In this document: piece after piece, positions 10,771 through 21,080 of the stretch
How the letters are laid out: every line of letters begins with the position of its first letter
Position numbering within the stretch: position 1 is the first letter of the stretch
Translations under genes and position numbers: made by a program
Origin: an uncultured Candidatus Saccharibacteria bacterium
GTDB lineage: Bacteria > Patescibacteriota > Minisyncoccia > Phycocordibacterales > PALSA-1337
Direction of reading: 5' to 3'
DNA: 64,000 nt
NCBI GenBank assembly: GCA_964600255.1
Contig: CAZRIX010000001.1
Location: 118,542-182,541 of the forward strand
The notes under the pieces: generated by a model
What the model was told of the DNA's origin: nothing
The model's database searches: none
Seen by the model: the letters and a program-made list of their open reading frames with translations, nothing else

Positions 10771-12036
10771 ATGACATCAATAATAGAAGTAAAAGGAATA
10801 AGTAAGAAGTATAAAATAAACCACCAGCGTGGTGGCTACATTACCCTGCGTGATGTATTAACAAACATCATAAAGAGACCTTTCTCATACGTTAAGGTTA
10901 AGTCAAAGAAAATTGCAGGATTAGAGAAAAAGGAAGACTTCTGGGCGCTAAAGGGAGTAGATTTTGAAATAAATAAAGGAGAAGTTATAGGTATCATCGG
11001 ACACAACGGTGCCGGAAAGTCTACTCTTTTGAAGATCCTATCACAGATCACTCCACCGACCGAAGGAGAGATAATAATAAAAGGTACAGTTGGTAGTCTA
11101 TTGGAAGTTGGAACAGGGTTCCATCCAGAACTAACAGGACGCGAGAATATTTTCTTAAATGGCGCAATTTTAAATATGAGTCAAAAAGAGATAGCATCAA
11201 AATTTGATCAGATCGTCGAATTCTCAGGTATTGGCAAGTTTCTTGATACTCCAGTAAAATACTATTCAAGTGGTATGTATGTAAGACTCGCGTTCTCAGT
11301 TGCTGCACATATGGAGCCAGATATATTGCTAGTCGACGAAGTTTTGGCTGTTGGTGATGCAGAATTCCAAAAGAAATGTCTGGGAAAAATGGAGGAAGTT
11401 ACCAAGAAAAGCGGACGAACGATCATATTCGTGAGTCACAATATGGAGGCTATCTCTCGCCTATGTGAGAGATGTGTACTACTAGAGAAAGGTAAAGTTG
11501 TTGCTATTGGACCAACAGATGAAGTGATAAATAAATATATACAGTTGAAGGAATCTATACCTTCTGAGTACGTCAACAATGACCCGAGTGCTGACTCAAA
11601 GTCACATGGATATATAAAAAAGATACAGGTGGAAGACGAAGACAACGTTGCTGTAGACACGATTTCTGCCGGACTACCTTGGAAAACTAGAGTGAATTTT
11701 AAGATTAACGAGTTCACTCCTAGTTTCATTCTGGGTATGAGTATAAGAGGAGCTAACAATGTAACTGTGAGAACTACGTGGAGCAAGCCTCAAGATCTAG
11801 AACCTGGTAACTATGAAGCGGTGATTTCTGATGATGTAATCAATCTAAGTAGTAGAACATACACCCTTACTTTCGGATTATCATCTTTCAAGAAGTCATT
11901 CGAGAGTTTAGAGGATTGTGTATCGATCAAAATAGTTCCAGAAGGTGCAAACATTGATTCTGAAAGAATATTGACCGTAAGTGGTGGTGAAGTGATAATC
12001 AATCCGATGGAGATATCAATTAAGAAAATAAACTAA
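10771..12036 (+). CDS. Polysaccharide-export ABC transporter ATP-binding protein (Wzt/TagH-like) with C-terminal extension
   Basis: Walker A GHNGAGKST, signature YSSGMYVRLAF and Walker B ILLVDEVLAVGD. An extra ~190-aa C-terminal beta-rich domain resembles Wzt glycan-cap-binding domains. The start is placed at 10771 (MTSIIEVKG), directly after the permease stop, rather than at the ORF-track 10714. Confidence 0.85.
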   Translation: MTSIIEVKGISKKYKINHQRGGYITLRDVLTNIIKRPFSYVKVKSKKIAGLEKKEDFWALKGVDFEINKGEVIGIIGHNGAGKSTLLKILSQITPPTEGEIIIKGTVGSLLEVGTGFHPELTGRENIFLNGAILNMSQKEIASKFDQIVEFSGIGKFLDTPVKYYSSGMYVRLAFSVAAHMEPDILLVDEVLAVGDAEFQKKCLGKMEEVTKKSGRTIIFVSHNMEAISRLCERCVLLEKGKVVAIGPTDEVINKYIQLKESIPSEYVNNDPSADSKSHGYIKKIQVEDEDNVAVDTISAGLPWKTRVNFKINEFTPSFILGMSIRGANNVTVRTTWSKPQDLEPGNYEAVISDDVINLSSRTYTLTFGLSSFKKSFESLEDCVSIKIVPEGANIDSERILTVSGGEVIINPMEISIKKIN

Positions 12037-13424
12037 TGAAAAGACTAAAAAATTTCGCTTATAACATAGAATCACAGTGGGGCGATGACGGTGTGATAGA
12101 GGAGATTTTTAAAAGAATCGGCGAAGGTAACAAGACCTGTGTAGATTTTGGTGCCTATGATGGTCCGCATCTAAGCAATACGTGGAATCTATGGAACAAC
12201 AAAGGTTGGAATGCCCTACTTATTGAGGGTAACCCTAGTCGTATCAAATCACTAAGGGAGTATGTAGGCGATAATAAGAAGATAAAGACAGTTAACACCT
12301 TTGTAAGTACTACAGGAGAAAACAAAATAGATAATATAGTTGAAAAGAATCTCGGTTCAAACACAAAGATAGACTTGATGTCTATCGATATAGATGGTGA
12401 TGATTACTATATTCTAGAATCGATTGAGAAATTCCACCCTCGCGTAATCATCATAGAGTTTAATCCAACAATACCAGTCAACATAGACATAGTGCAAAAA
12501 CAGGGAGAGTATTTTGGATCATCAGCATTCAGTATCAACAAATTAGCTACTCAGAAAGGCTACAGATTAATAGAAATTATTGGAGCAAACTGTTATTTCA
12601 TAAAATCAGAAGAGTATTCCAAGGTGTATAGCGATGAATATACCCTAGAGAGCTTATTCCACAATGATTTTATTAGCCATGTTATAACTTCATATGGAGG
12701 TTACTCTTTTATATTGAATAAGCTTGCATTTGGATCAAAGAATAAAAAAGTAGCAAGACCTTCAATCATTTCATCATTTAAATTTATAGACTTTGGCAAC
12801 CTATTTCCACAGAAACTATCTGATATCAAGAACGATCTTAAAAAGAAGGCGTATCAGAAGTATTTAGCTCTAAGGATTAACTTCTTCAATAGAAGCCGTC
12901 CAGTACCACATGAATATAAGTCAGCCTTAATAATAAAACTAGCTAGAGAATATGGTATAAAAAGTTTTATTGAGACTGGCACATACCAAGGAAAAATGGT
13001 GTATGCACTGAGACATGTATTCAAGAAAATATATTCTATAGAAATAGACAAGACCCTATTCACACACGCAGTTGAAAGATTCAAACACTATCCTTACATT
13101 AAAATTATTAATGGCGATAGTGCTATTGAATTAGGAAAAATACTATCATCAAACAACGAGCGCTTTGTTTTTTGGTTAGATGGTCACTATTCAGCCGGAA
13201 ATACTGGTAAGTCAGATTTGAGCACTCCTATCATTAAAGAACTTGATACTATTTTCAAGACAAAAAACAAGCATGTAATTGCCATTGATGATGCGAGACT
13301 ATTCAATGGAAAAGATGATTACCCTAAGTATAGTAAAATAAAAGAAATTGCTAACAAGAACAATTATTCTTCAAAAATCAAAAAAGATATTATAATATTA
13401 CTTCCAAATGATTCAAGGAATTAA
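12036..13424 (+). CDS. Two-domain SAM-dependent methyltransferase (FkbM-like N-domain + TylF/Methyltransf_24-like C-domain)
   Basis: N-terminus VDFGAYDGPHLSNTWNL...IDIDGDDY is FkbM-like. C-terminus ETGTYQGKMVYALRH...INGDSAIELG...IDDARLF is O-methyltransferase-like. It overlaps the wzt stop. Confidence 0.6.
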   Translation: MKRLKNFAYNIESQWGDDGVIEEIFKRIGEGNKTCVDFGAYDGPHLSNTWNLWNNKGWNALLIEGNPSRIKSLREYVGDNKKIKTVNTFVSTTGENKIDNIVEKNLGSNTKIDLMSIDIDGDDYYILESIEKFHPRVIIIEFNPTIPVNIDIVQKQGEYFGSSAFSINKLATQKGYRLIEIIGANCYFIKSEEYSKVYSDEYTLESLFHNDFISHVITSYGGYSFILNKLAFGSKNKKVARPSIISSFKFIDFGNLFPQKLSDIKNDLKKKAYQKYLALRINFFNRSRPVPHEYKSALIIKLAREYGIKSFIETGTYQGKMVYALRHVFKKIYSIEIDKTLFTHAVERFKHYPYIKIINGDSAIELGKILSSNNERFVFWLDGHYSAGNTGKSDLSTPIIKELDTIFKTKNKHVIAIDDARLFNGKDDYPKYSKIKEIANKNNYSSKIKKDIIILLPNDSRN

Positions 13425-14151
13425 AAGTAGACTAAATCGCTTAGCAAAAGCCAAGAGACTTAAATCTGATTTTGATAAGTTTAATAGTATCAATAACACT
13501 CTAAAGGAGAAGAGATTTGTTCCACTTTGGGCCAATCGGGGGCTGGTGTACGAAGATACAGAAACCACTCACTTTGATACACACTATGTTTATCACCCTG
13601 CATGGGCTGCTCGAGTATTAGCACAGACAAAACCTGCACTACACATAGACATTTCTTCCACATTATACTTTTCGACAATGGTATCTGCTTTTGTGCCTAC
13701 AAAATTTTATGATTACCGACCTGCACCTCTGAAGGAATTACCTGGCCTTGAGTGTGAACGTGCAGATCTAACCAAGCTACCTTTCCAAAATAATAGTATT
13801 AAATCTATCTCATGTATGCACACTGTGGAGCATATAGGTCTTGGTAGATACGGGGACCCGATAGATCCAGATGCCGACCTTAAGTCGATTCGAGAATTGC
13901 AAAGAGTTACAGCTATTGGTGGTGATTTGATATTTGTGGTGCCTATAGGTAAATCAAAGCTAGTTTTCAATGCGCATCGCATTTATAGTTATGCTCAAAT
14001 AATGGAGTACTTCAAGGGTTTTGAGCTAAAGGAGTTCTTTTTGATACCTGACAATGCTTTCGAAAAAGGACCAATCGTAAATGCAAAGGAAATCGATGCT
14101 GATAAACAAAATTATGGTTGTGGATGTTTTTGGTTCAAAAAAACAAAATGA
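13408..14151 (+). CDS. Class I SAM-dependent methyltransferase (Methyltransf_11-like)
   Basis: LPFQNNSIKSISCMHTVEHIG motif typical of type-11 methyltransferases. 247 aa. Confidence 0.55.
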   Translation: MIQGIKSRLNRLAKAKRLKSDFDKFNSINNTLKEKRFVPLWANRGLVYEDTETTHFDTHYVYHPAWAARVLAQTKPALHIDISSTLYFSTMVSAFVPTKFYDYRPAPLKELPGLECERADLTKLPFQNNSIKSISCMHTVEHIGLGRYGDPIDPDADLKSIRELQRVTAIGGDLIFVVPIGKSKLVFNAHRIYSYAQIMEYFKGFELKEFFLIPDNAFEKGPIVNAKEIDADKQNYGCGCFWFKKTK

Positions 14152-15380
14152 TAGACAACATCAAACATATAATCAAAGTACTTATAGGTAGGAAGGATTA
14201 TTGGTGGTACCAGAGGCATTTTGAGGGCTCAATAAACAAGGAAACGTGGACTAACAGAAATAAAATACTATCCTGGGCAAATGAATGCGTTCTAAATAAA
14301 GATAAGTATGAGTCAGAGTCTCAATTCATTAGCTCAGATGATCCTGTGGTTAGACAAGGGTATGAGCTAAGAAAAAAAATACTAAACGATTTTAAGAACA
14401 AGTTATCTGGGAAAATATACGAAAGAATTCTCATCCAAGTTCCTGACTGGAAAGTTTCTCCAGCTGGCTATTCCCTATTTTCAAATATGATTGAGTCTTT
14501 AAACTATATCGGTGTGCCAAGCACGGCACTAAAATGGGGAGAAAAAATAGATAAGTATCTGGAGGATTTTAAACCAACAATATTCCTAACGGGAGATAAT
14601 AAGGTGTATACGGACACAATAGATTGGAACTTACTCAAAGAATATAAAAAGAAGAATGATTTCAGAATTGGTCTAACAGCATCACTACAGGAATACGGAA
14701 ATACACCACTTTCAGGAAGGTTGGATTGGGCCAAAGATAACGGTATTGATTTTTATTTTAGCTTCAGAGATGAAGATTACTTCAATACACGTAATGAATA
14801 CAAACCTTTTTTTGAAAGAGGATATAAAATATATTCAGTTCCGTTTGGTGCAAACCCTTTAATCCACTACCCCCTACCAAACATCAAAAAAGATACTGAT
14901 TATATTTTTATAGCATCAGTAAACAAAACAAAAGCACATAGATATCTCAAGTACATGGGTAAAATAACAAGAAAATATCTTGGCTTTATAGATGGTCCTG
15001 GATGGCAAAACACAAAAGATTTTACCTTTAATAGAGACAGAGACAGGTACATATACGCTAGAAGTAAAATTGGCCTGAATATACATCTAGAGGAGCAGAT
15101 TGACTGGGCATGTGAGACCAGCGAGAGAACCTATCAACTAGCCGCTTGCGGTATTCCCCAAGTAACAGATCATGCAAAGATTTTTGATAAAATTTTCTCG
15201 AAGGATACCCTTTTTATAGCAGACACGCCAAGGGAATATAAAAAACTATTCAAATACATAATAGAAAACCCAGACAAGATCACGGAGCGAGTATTGAGGT
15301 CACAGAGAGAGGTTTTTGAAAAATACACGACATTTCATAGGGCTGAAAAATTTGTTACAATGTTATCTAACAATAAATAA
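14148..15380 (+). CDS. Hypothetical protein, possible CgeB-like glycosyltransferase C-terminal domain
   Basis: C-terminal ACGIPQVTDHAKIFDKIF...ADTPREYKKL resembles GT1-fold (CgeB/DUF3880) proteins. The start is set at the ATGA overlap with the upstream stop. Confidence 0.35.
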   Translation: MIDNIKHIIKVLIGRKDYWWYQRHFEGSINKETWTNRNKILSWANECVLNKDKYESESQFISSDDPVVRQGYELRKKILNDFKNKLSGKIYERILIQVPDWKVSPAGYSLFSNMIESLNYIGVPSTALKWGEKIDKYLEDFKPTIFLTGDNKVYTDTIDWNLLKEYKKKNDFRIGLTASLQEYGNTPLSGRLDWAKDNGIDFYFSFRDEDYFNTRNEYKPFFERGYKIYSVPFGANPLIHYPLPNIKKDTDYIFIASVNKTKAHRYLKYMGKITRKYLGFIDGPGWQNTKDFTFNRDRDRYIYARSKIGLNIHLEEQIDWACETSERTYQLAACGIPQVTDHAKIFDKIFSKDTLFIADTPREYKKLFKYIIENPDKITERVLRSQREVFEKYTTFHRAEKFVTMLSNNK

Positions 15381-15381
15381 T

Positions 15382-16194
15382 ATGGCGCTGCTATTAAACA
15401 CAGATATACAAAGCAAAATAAAGAAAAATATTAGAGGTAAGGTTGCTAGAGTCGGTGGTAGTGTTAATCAATTAATGGATTATTCCGAAATCAAGGTTGT
15501 AGACATTAACGTTATAGACGGTGGTTTTGGATACGTTAAGCGCCTTAGAGATATAAAGTCATTACGCAATCTTGCTGGAACTATCATTAGATATGCAAAG
15601 CAGGAGTATAAAAGGATTGTCTATGGCAAGAAATTTCCACTCGATCGCAAAACAATAATATTAGACCTTCACGATGCATACAACAGACTTGATCTGAAAC
15701 ACAAGTATGACGCGTGTATGACTAGTAATGTTGTTGAGCATGCACCAAATCCTATATTCTTTTTACTAAACTGCTATTTCATAACAAAAATCGGCGGCTA
15801 CCAGTATCATGCAATTCCACACTACAAGTACACATATGATATGTATAGGAAGCCTACTCCTTTTGAACACTTTATCGAGGACTTTGAAAAAAAGACGGAT
15901 TTGGATGATAAAACACATGTTGAAGACTATACTATGTCAGCTATTGTGAAGCATGGCTGGCAGCGTAAGTTCCACTCCGCCTACCCTATCGCTTACCCAT
16001 TTATGCATCACCATGTTTATGACGAGAATGTCGTAAAGCAATTGGCAGAATATATGTTTGAGGAAGTTACAAACGACGTGTTAAAAACAAATGAATATTC
16101 AGACAACATCGTAATATTCAAGAACAAACTAAATAGCAATTTTCTAAACAAGCATAGATCACTTATTGAAGAATATTCTAAGAACTTCCTCTAA
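15382..16194 (+). CDS. Hypothetical protein, weak methyltransferase-like features
   Basis: VVEHAPNPIFFL segment like MTase post-motif II. No clear motif I. The start is chosen to avoid a 65-nt overlap. Confidence 0.3.
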   Translation: MALLLNTDIQSKIKKNIRGKVARVGGSVNQLMDYSEIKVVDINVIDGGFGYVKRLRDIKSLRNLAGTIIRYAKQEYKRIVYGKKFPLDRKTIILDLHDAYNRLDLKHKYDACMTSNVVEHAPNPIFFLLNCYFITKIGGYQYHAIPHYKYTYDMYRKPTPFEHFIEDFEKKTDLDDKTHVEDYTMSAIVKHGWQRKFHSAYPIAYPFMHHHVYDENVVKQLAEYMFEEVTNDVLKTNEYSDNIVIFKNKLNSNFLNKHRSLIEEYSKNFL

Positions 16195-16198
16195 TACA

Positions 16199-17077
16199 AT
16201 GATTACAATCAAACTACAGGGTGGACTTGGCAATCAAATGTTCCAGTATGCTTTTGCCAGAAGCCTATCTCTGAAGACGGGCATTCCCTTTCAGATAGAC
16301 AACTTGGAGCTTGAGCAAGGAAAAGATTTTGTGAAAGAGCGTAGATACGCCCTGTCAGTTTTTAATGTAAATTCTAAAATCATAGATAGAAAAGAACATA
16401 GGTATTTTACTCAAGAACGTAAGCATCCTTTTTTAATAAAAATCAAAAGACGCTTAGGAATATTTGTACCGAAGGTTGTATCGCAAGCATCTGATCTATC
16501 AACCTTCGATCCAATGTCATATATTAATGAAGACGTCTATTTTGATGGGTATTATCAGGAGGAAGGATATTTTATTGAAAATTCTGAGACTATCAAGAAT
16601 GACTTCAAGCTAAAAGTCGAACTTGGTGCTGAGGCGGCAAGGATAATAAAAGCTGTTGAGAGTTGTGAAAGTGTCATCCTTCAAGTACGTAGAGGTGACT
16701 ATGCAACAAATCCAAAAACACAAAGACACTTTGCACTGACAGGTAAAGAATATTTTGATGCCGGACTCGAATATATAACATCAAAAACCAGTAAAGAGAT
16801 AGAACTTTTTATAGTATCTGATGATATTGAATGGTGTAAGTCTAACCTAAATTTTAAATTCAAAACTAATTTTGTTTCCGGACCAGATATAAAAGATTAT
16901 GAGGAGGTAATCATTATGTCCAAAGCAAAACATTTAATAATATCGAACAGTACTTTTGGTTGGTGGGGGGCATGGTTAAATGAGAATGTAAATAAAATAG
17001 TTATTGCCCCAAAAGCTTGGTTCAAGAACCCAGCTTTAAAAGCAAAAGTTGTACCAGAAAAATGGATAAAAATATAG
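16199..17077 (+). CDS. Alpha-1,2-fucosyltransferase (glycosyltransferase family 11)
   Basis: N-terminal IKLQGGLGNQMFQYAF is the GT11 (FutC/WbsJ) hallmark. HxRRxD-like RRGDY is present. Confidence 0.8.
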   Translation: MITIKLQGGLGNQMFQYAFARSLSLKTGIPFQIDNLELEQGKDFVKERRYALSVFNVNSKIIDRKEHRYFTQERKHPFLIKIKRRLGIFVPKVVSQASDLSTFDPMSYINEDVYFDGYYQEEGYFIENSETIKNDFKLKVELGAEAARIIKAVESCESVILQVRRGDYATNPKTQRHFALTGKEYFDAGLEYITSKTSKEIELFIVSDDIEWCKSNLNFKFKTNFVSGPDIKDYEEVIIMSKAKHLIISNSTFGWWGAWLNENVNKIVIAPKAWFKNPALKAKVVPEKWIKI

Positions 17078-18012
17078 ATAAAAAACAACCAAATGTTTCA
17101 GTAATAATGGCTGCAAAGAATGTGCAGGATTATATTGCCATTGCTATCGAAAGCATCATAAATCAAACCTATACTAACTGGGAAATGATTATTGTAAACG
17201 ACGGATCTACTGACCAGACCGCAAGTATAGTACAAAAATATTCTGATAAAGATAATAGAATAAAATTAATATCAAACAAAGAGTCTGTAGGCCAAGCAAT
17301 AGCAAGAAATACTGCTGTAGAACAATCTACTGGTAAATATTTGGCAATACTAGATGCCGATGACGTTGCTATGCCAGATAGAATAGAGGTACAGGTAGAT
17401 TATTTAGATAAAAACCCTGGAATCGCCGCTATAGGAGGACATGCGGAGATAATAGACTCAAAGGGTTCAACATTGGGTATAAAGCGTAAGGCGCTCAATA
17501 TAGACGCAATACGCTTTAGTTTATTACTACAGAATCAATTTATTCACTCTACAATGATGATTCGCAGGAATGTGTTTGATGCATTTGGCGGATACGACAA
17601 TACATTCCTGTACGCTGAAGATTATGATCTTTGGTCTAAGATATTGGAGAAAAATATTGTACTAAATATAGACAAAGTTGTATCCAAATTTAGAATACAG
17701 CCAGGATCCGTTACATCTATGAGTGCAACACAAAAAGTGCAGCTTAGAAATAATATGGTGATAGTCTACAGAAATGTCCGTAATCTAGTAGATTATTCAG
17801 ATAGTCAGATACAATCCATGTACGATATGGTGAACAACTATCTAAACATCTTACAAACAATACCTGCTTTCTTTTTGTACTTTAAGCTTTCTAGAAAGTA
17901 CATAAATAGATATAATGAAAATATCGATGTAAATAGACAGTTACAGATAATACTTGTAAACCGATTAAAATATACCTTTATCAAACCCATAAAAAAGTTA
18001 CTAAAGAAATAA
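17062..18012 (+). CDS. Glycosyltransferase family 2
   Basis: VSVIMAAKN...IVNDGSTDQT...LDADD...ED GT2 (GT-A) motifs. Confidence 0.85.
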   Translation: MDKNIDKKQPNVSVIMAAKNVQDYIAIAIESIINQTYTNWEMIIVNDGSTDQTASIVQKYSDKDNRIKLISNKESVGQAIARNTAVEQSTGKYLAILDADDVAMPDRIEVQVDYLDKNPGIAAIGGHAEIIDSKGSTLGIKRKALNIDAIRFSLLLQNQFIHSTMMIRRNVFDAFGGYDNTFLYAEDYDLWSKILEKNIVLNIDKVVSKFRIQPGSVTSMSATQKVQLRNNMVIVYRNVRNLVDYSDSQIQSMYDMVNNYLNILQTIPAFFLYFKLSRKYINRYNENIDVNRQLQIILVNRLKYTFIKPIKKLLKK

Positions 18013-18013
18013 C

Positions 18014-18943
18014 ATGATCAATATTAAATGCGCACTCTGTGGAAAAGATGACTACAAAATTGTCGCAAAGGGACATGACAGATATGTTGCTGTTGATAGC
18101 ACAACTTTTCAACTCGTAAAATGCAATAACTGCAATCTATACTACCTCAGCCCTCAACCAACAAAGTCAGAGTTGGCCAAGTATTATCCAATTAGTTATC
18201 CCCCATTCACAAAGACCTCAAGTTTCCTCAATGACGGTGTAGTAACAAAAACACTGAAATCTATCAAAAATAGAATCTTCCCTAGAAAATCTCCTGAATT
18301 AGATAACTCAGATAAGCCATATAAGGTTGATAACACAAAGTTAACCGTACTAGACTTTGGTTGTGGCAATGGTAACAATCTACTTTCTATTAGATCAAAT
18401 CATCCCAATTGGTCACTATATGGCTTTGATATTGGTGAAAACACCGAGGTTAAAAATATTGGATCAGATATCACTATTATTTATGATGATTTTAATAAAC
18501 TTAGTTCATCATTCAAGAATGATTATTTTGATATGATATACATGAATAATGTTCTAGAACACATGAACGATCCAGTAAAAGTGATTGGTGATCTTTCATT
18601 ACTCCTCAAGAAAGGTGGGCAGATAATAATAGAGGTGCCAAACATCGATTCTATTAAGTTCAAAATATTTGGTAGATTCTTTTCTAGTCTAGATATACCA
18701 AGACATCTTTATAATTTTAGTCCAAAGACTCTTACCATGGTCTGTGAAAAGAATGGATTAAAAATTACCAACATAAAAATAACAGGTTCTCCAAAGAGCA
18801 CTGCACGAAGTATCTATTATATGCTCGGTATTCGTAAACAAAAAATTAATTCCCTATTTATGTATATAGTAAATAAGATTACTAAGGTTATAGGAGAGAA
18901 AAGGATTAATGATGACGTGATCATCGCCACAGTAACAAAGTAG
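18014..18943 (+). CDS. Class I SAM methyltransferase with N-terminal Cys4 zinc-ribbon
   Basis: CALCG...CNNCN pairs, motif I VLDFGCGNGNNL and post-I YMNNVLEHMNDP. Confidence 0.75.
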   Translation: MINIKCALCGKDDYKIVAKGHDRYVAVDSTTFQLVKCNNCNLYYLSPQPTKSELAKYYPISYPPFTKTSSFLNDGVVTKTLKSIKNRIFPRKSPELDNSDKPYKVDNTKLTVLDFGCGNGNNLLSIRSNHPNWSLYGFDIGENTEVKNIGSDITIIYDDFNKLSSSFKNDYFDMIYMNNVLEHMNDPVKVIGDLSLLLKKGGQIIIEVPNIDSIKFKIFGRFFSSLDIPRHLYNFSPKTLTMVCEKNGLKITNIKITGSPKSTARSIYYMLGIRKQKINSLFMYIVNKITKVIGEKRINDDVIIATVTK

Positions 18944-19972
18944 CTATTTATTAAGACCTAGGAAATCAATATATTTATCGATATTACCTTGATAGCTATA
19001 CTGTTTTACCAATTTATTCAATGAGGCTTTGCCCATTTTCTTTCGTAACTCAACATCGTTTACCAGTATCTTTATTTTTTCTACCCACTCTTCAGTAGAT
19101 GCAGGTAGGTATCCAGTAACTCCATCATCTATAAAATACATGTTCTCACCTATTGGAGAAGCAATAACTGGTATACCAGCGGCCATATAGTCCAAGATCT
19201 TTAAACTGCATCTTCCCCTATTTGATTCATTATCAACTAATGGACAGACACCAATATCAAATCTGCTATTACCTTTCTGAATTTCCCCCTCCTTACCCCA
19301 ATCCAACCTATCCACAAACTCAATATTCAATCCAGGTATAGACATGGTATCTACAACTTCTTTAGATCCTAGACTGCCAATCAATAGGAATTTAATATTT
19401 ACTTTATCTTCTACCAACTTTTGTAGAGCTGGGAGCATCACTTTTAAGTTGTGTAGACTAAGCGGTGCACCACCCATCCAACCAAGCACAACTGGTTCTT
19501 TTACCCTTTCTACCTTGTATCTCTCAGCTAGAGTATAGTCCACCAAGTTTGTCATAACCATTACAGGTTTACCTCTAAGAGGACTCCATTCCGCCAAATA
19601 GTGACTAGCAACGATAAACTTGTCAGAAAAGAAAGCTAATACTCTAGGCGCAAGCGGCTTCTGTACCCAAGTAGCATCATCAAAATCGAAAATAAACTTT
19701 GGACGAAAAATTATCTTAACGATACAGATACAGATTATGAAATAATTACTAAAAATAGGATTCTGCAAAAAAACTACATCTGTCTTTCTCAATGAAAAGA
19801 TTATTTTCAAATAATCAATTCTAGCTTTCATTCGAGTGGTCTCGGTGTGGTATACAGGTGGGATCACAAGCTCGAACTTATAACCCCGTTCTTTTAGAAA
19901 ATCAGCTATAAAAAAGGCTCGATGTCTTGACCCTCCAGCACTTCTTACGGATTTGGTAAAAATATATAACAT
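18944..19972 (-). CDS. Glycosyltransferase family 4 (GT-B fold)
   Basis: C-terminal EGIPVIASPIGEN...GYL region typical of GT4. The first gene of the coupled minus-strand array as read 3'-most. Confidence 0.65.
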   Translation of the reverse strand: MLYIFTKSVRSAGGSRHRAFFIADFLKERGYKFELVIPPVYHTETTRMKARIDYLKIIFSLRKTDVVFLQNPIFSNYFIICICIVKIIFRPKFIFDFDDATWVQKPLAPRVLAFFSDKFIVASHYLAEWSPLRGKPVMVMTNLVDYTLAERYKVERVKEPVVLGWMGGAPLSLHNLKVMLPALQKLVEDKVNIKFLLIGSLGSKEVVDTMSIPGLNIEFVDRLDWGKEGEIQKGNSRFDIGVCPLVDNESNRGRCSLKILDYMAAGIPVIASPIGENMYFIDDGVTGYLPASTEEWVEKIKILVNDVELRKKMGKASLNKLVKQYSYQGNIDKYIDFLGLNK

Positions 19973-19973
19973 A

Positions 19974-21080
19974 TTATTTAAAAACTATTACTTTATACCC
20001 GATATAATTACAAACAACTGATACAAATACAGTTGAAATCATGGCTAGGTTAGCCCACACCTGCTCATTCAATCCGTATGGGGCGCCAATGATGTTTACT
20101 AACACATGTATTATACCAATATTTACTAGAGCTACTAAGCCAGAGACCATAAAAAAGTTTCTATAATTTCTAAGTTTAATGGCTTCTTTTTTTCTAAACA
20201 CCCAGTACGCGTTTATAAAAAACGCCTGTGTAATCACCAGCACGAACGATATTAGAGAGAACACATTAATCCAACTCCCCTTTGATATACCAGATGCGAT
20301 TATAAAAAGGTTAAAAATGGCAATATTTAAAAGCGTATTATATATACCCATAAACCCATATCGTACGAACTGATAAAAAGCTCCTGTATTGAGCCTAATA
20401 TAAAGTTTAAGGAGATGATACGCCATAACCACACTATCTCTGACAAACCTCACCGATGATTCAGAATCATCAATCAGATGAACTGGAATTAATATGGTTT
20501 TCAATCCTTGCTTCTGCGCATGATAGATCAATTCCACATCAAATATAAAGCCATCTGACTTTACATCCTTAAAAATACTCTTAGCTGCATGTTTCTTAAA
20601 GCCCTTGAAGCCACATTGTGTATCCTGAACCTTATCTATCAGAATAAAGTTGGCAAGGAATGAAAAAACCTTACTTCCCAATCTTCTATCAGTAGGTCTT
20701 GTACAAGCTGACATTGAGTCTGGTAACTCCCTTGAACCTAGCACAACCTCATATCCAGACTTTAGATGATTTATCGCAGTATCTAATGCGCTTAAATGAT
20801 ACGGTATGTCTATATCAGTAAAGAAAATATAATCTCCACTAGCCACGCTAATGCCTCTTTTTACAGCGGCACCTTTGCCATGATTTGTAACCAAATCTAT
20901 TACTTTGAATGGAGCTTTTAGTTGAGATAGTATATTCATACTTCCATCTGTGCTACCGTCATTTACGAAGATTATCTCATGATCGTGCCTTGATTCGCCA
21001 AAATAGTTTAGCAAAAAGTCGACCTTTTCATTTAGCCTTTTCTCATAGTTATATACAGGAATTACTAATGAAATTTTCAT
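19974..21080 (-). CDS. Polyprenol-phosphate glycosyltransferase (GT2, GtrB/ArnC-like) fused to GtrA-like membrane domain
   Basis: N-terminus ISLVIPVYNYE...FVNDGSTDGS...FTDIDIPY is GT2. The C-terminal ~120 aa have 4 TM segments with GtrA-like pattern. Confidence 0.8.
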   Translation of the reverse strand: MKISLVIPVYNYEKRLNEKVDFLLNYFGESRHDHEIIFVNDGSTDGSMNILSQLKAPFKVIDLVTNHGKGAAVKRGISVASGDYIFFTDIDIPYHLSALDTAINHLKSGYEVVLGSRELPDSMSACTRPTDRRLGSKVFSFLANFILIDKVQDTQCGFKGFKKHAAKSIFKDVKSDGFIFDVELIYHAQKQGLKTILIPVHLIDDSESSVRFVRDSVVMAYHLLKLYIRLNTGAFYQFVRYGFMGIYNTLLNIAIFNLFIIASGISKGSWINVFSLISFVLVITQAFFINAYWVFRKKEAIKLRNYRNFFMVSGLVALVNIGIIHVLVNIIGAPYGLNEQVWANLAMISTVFVSVVCNYIGYKVIVFK

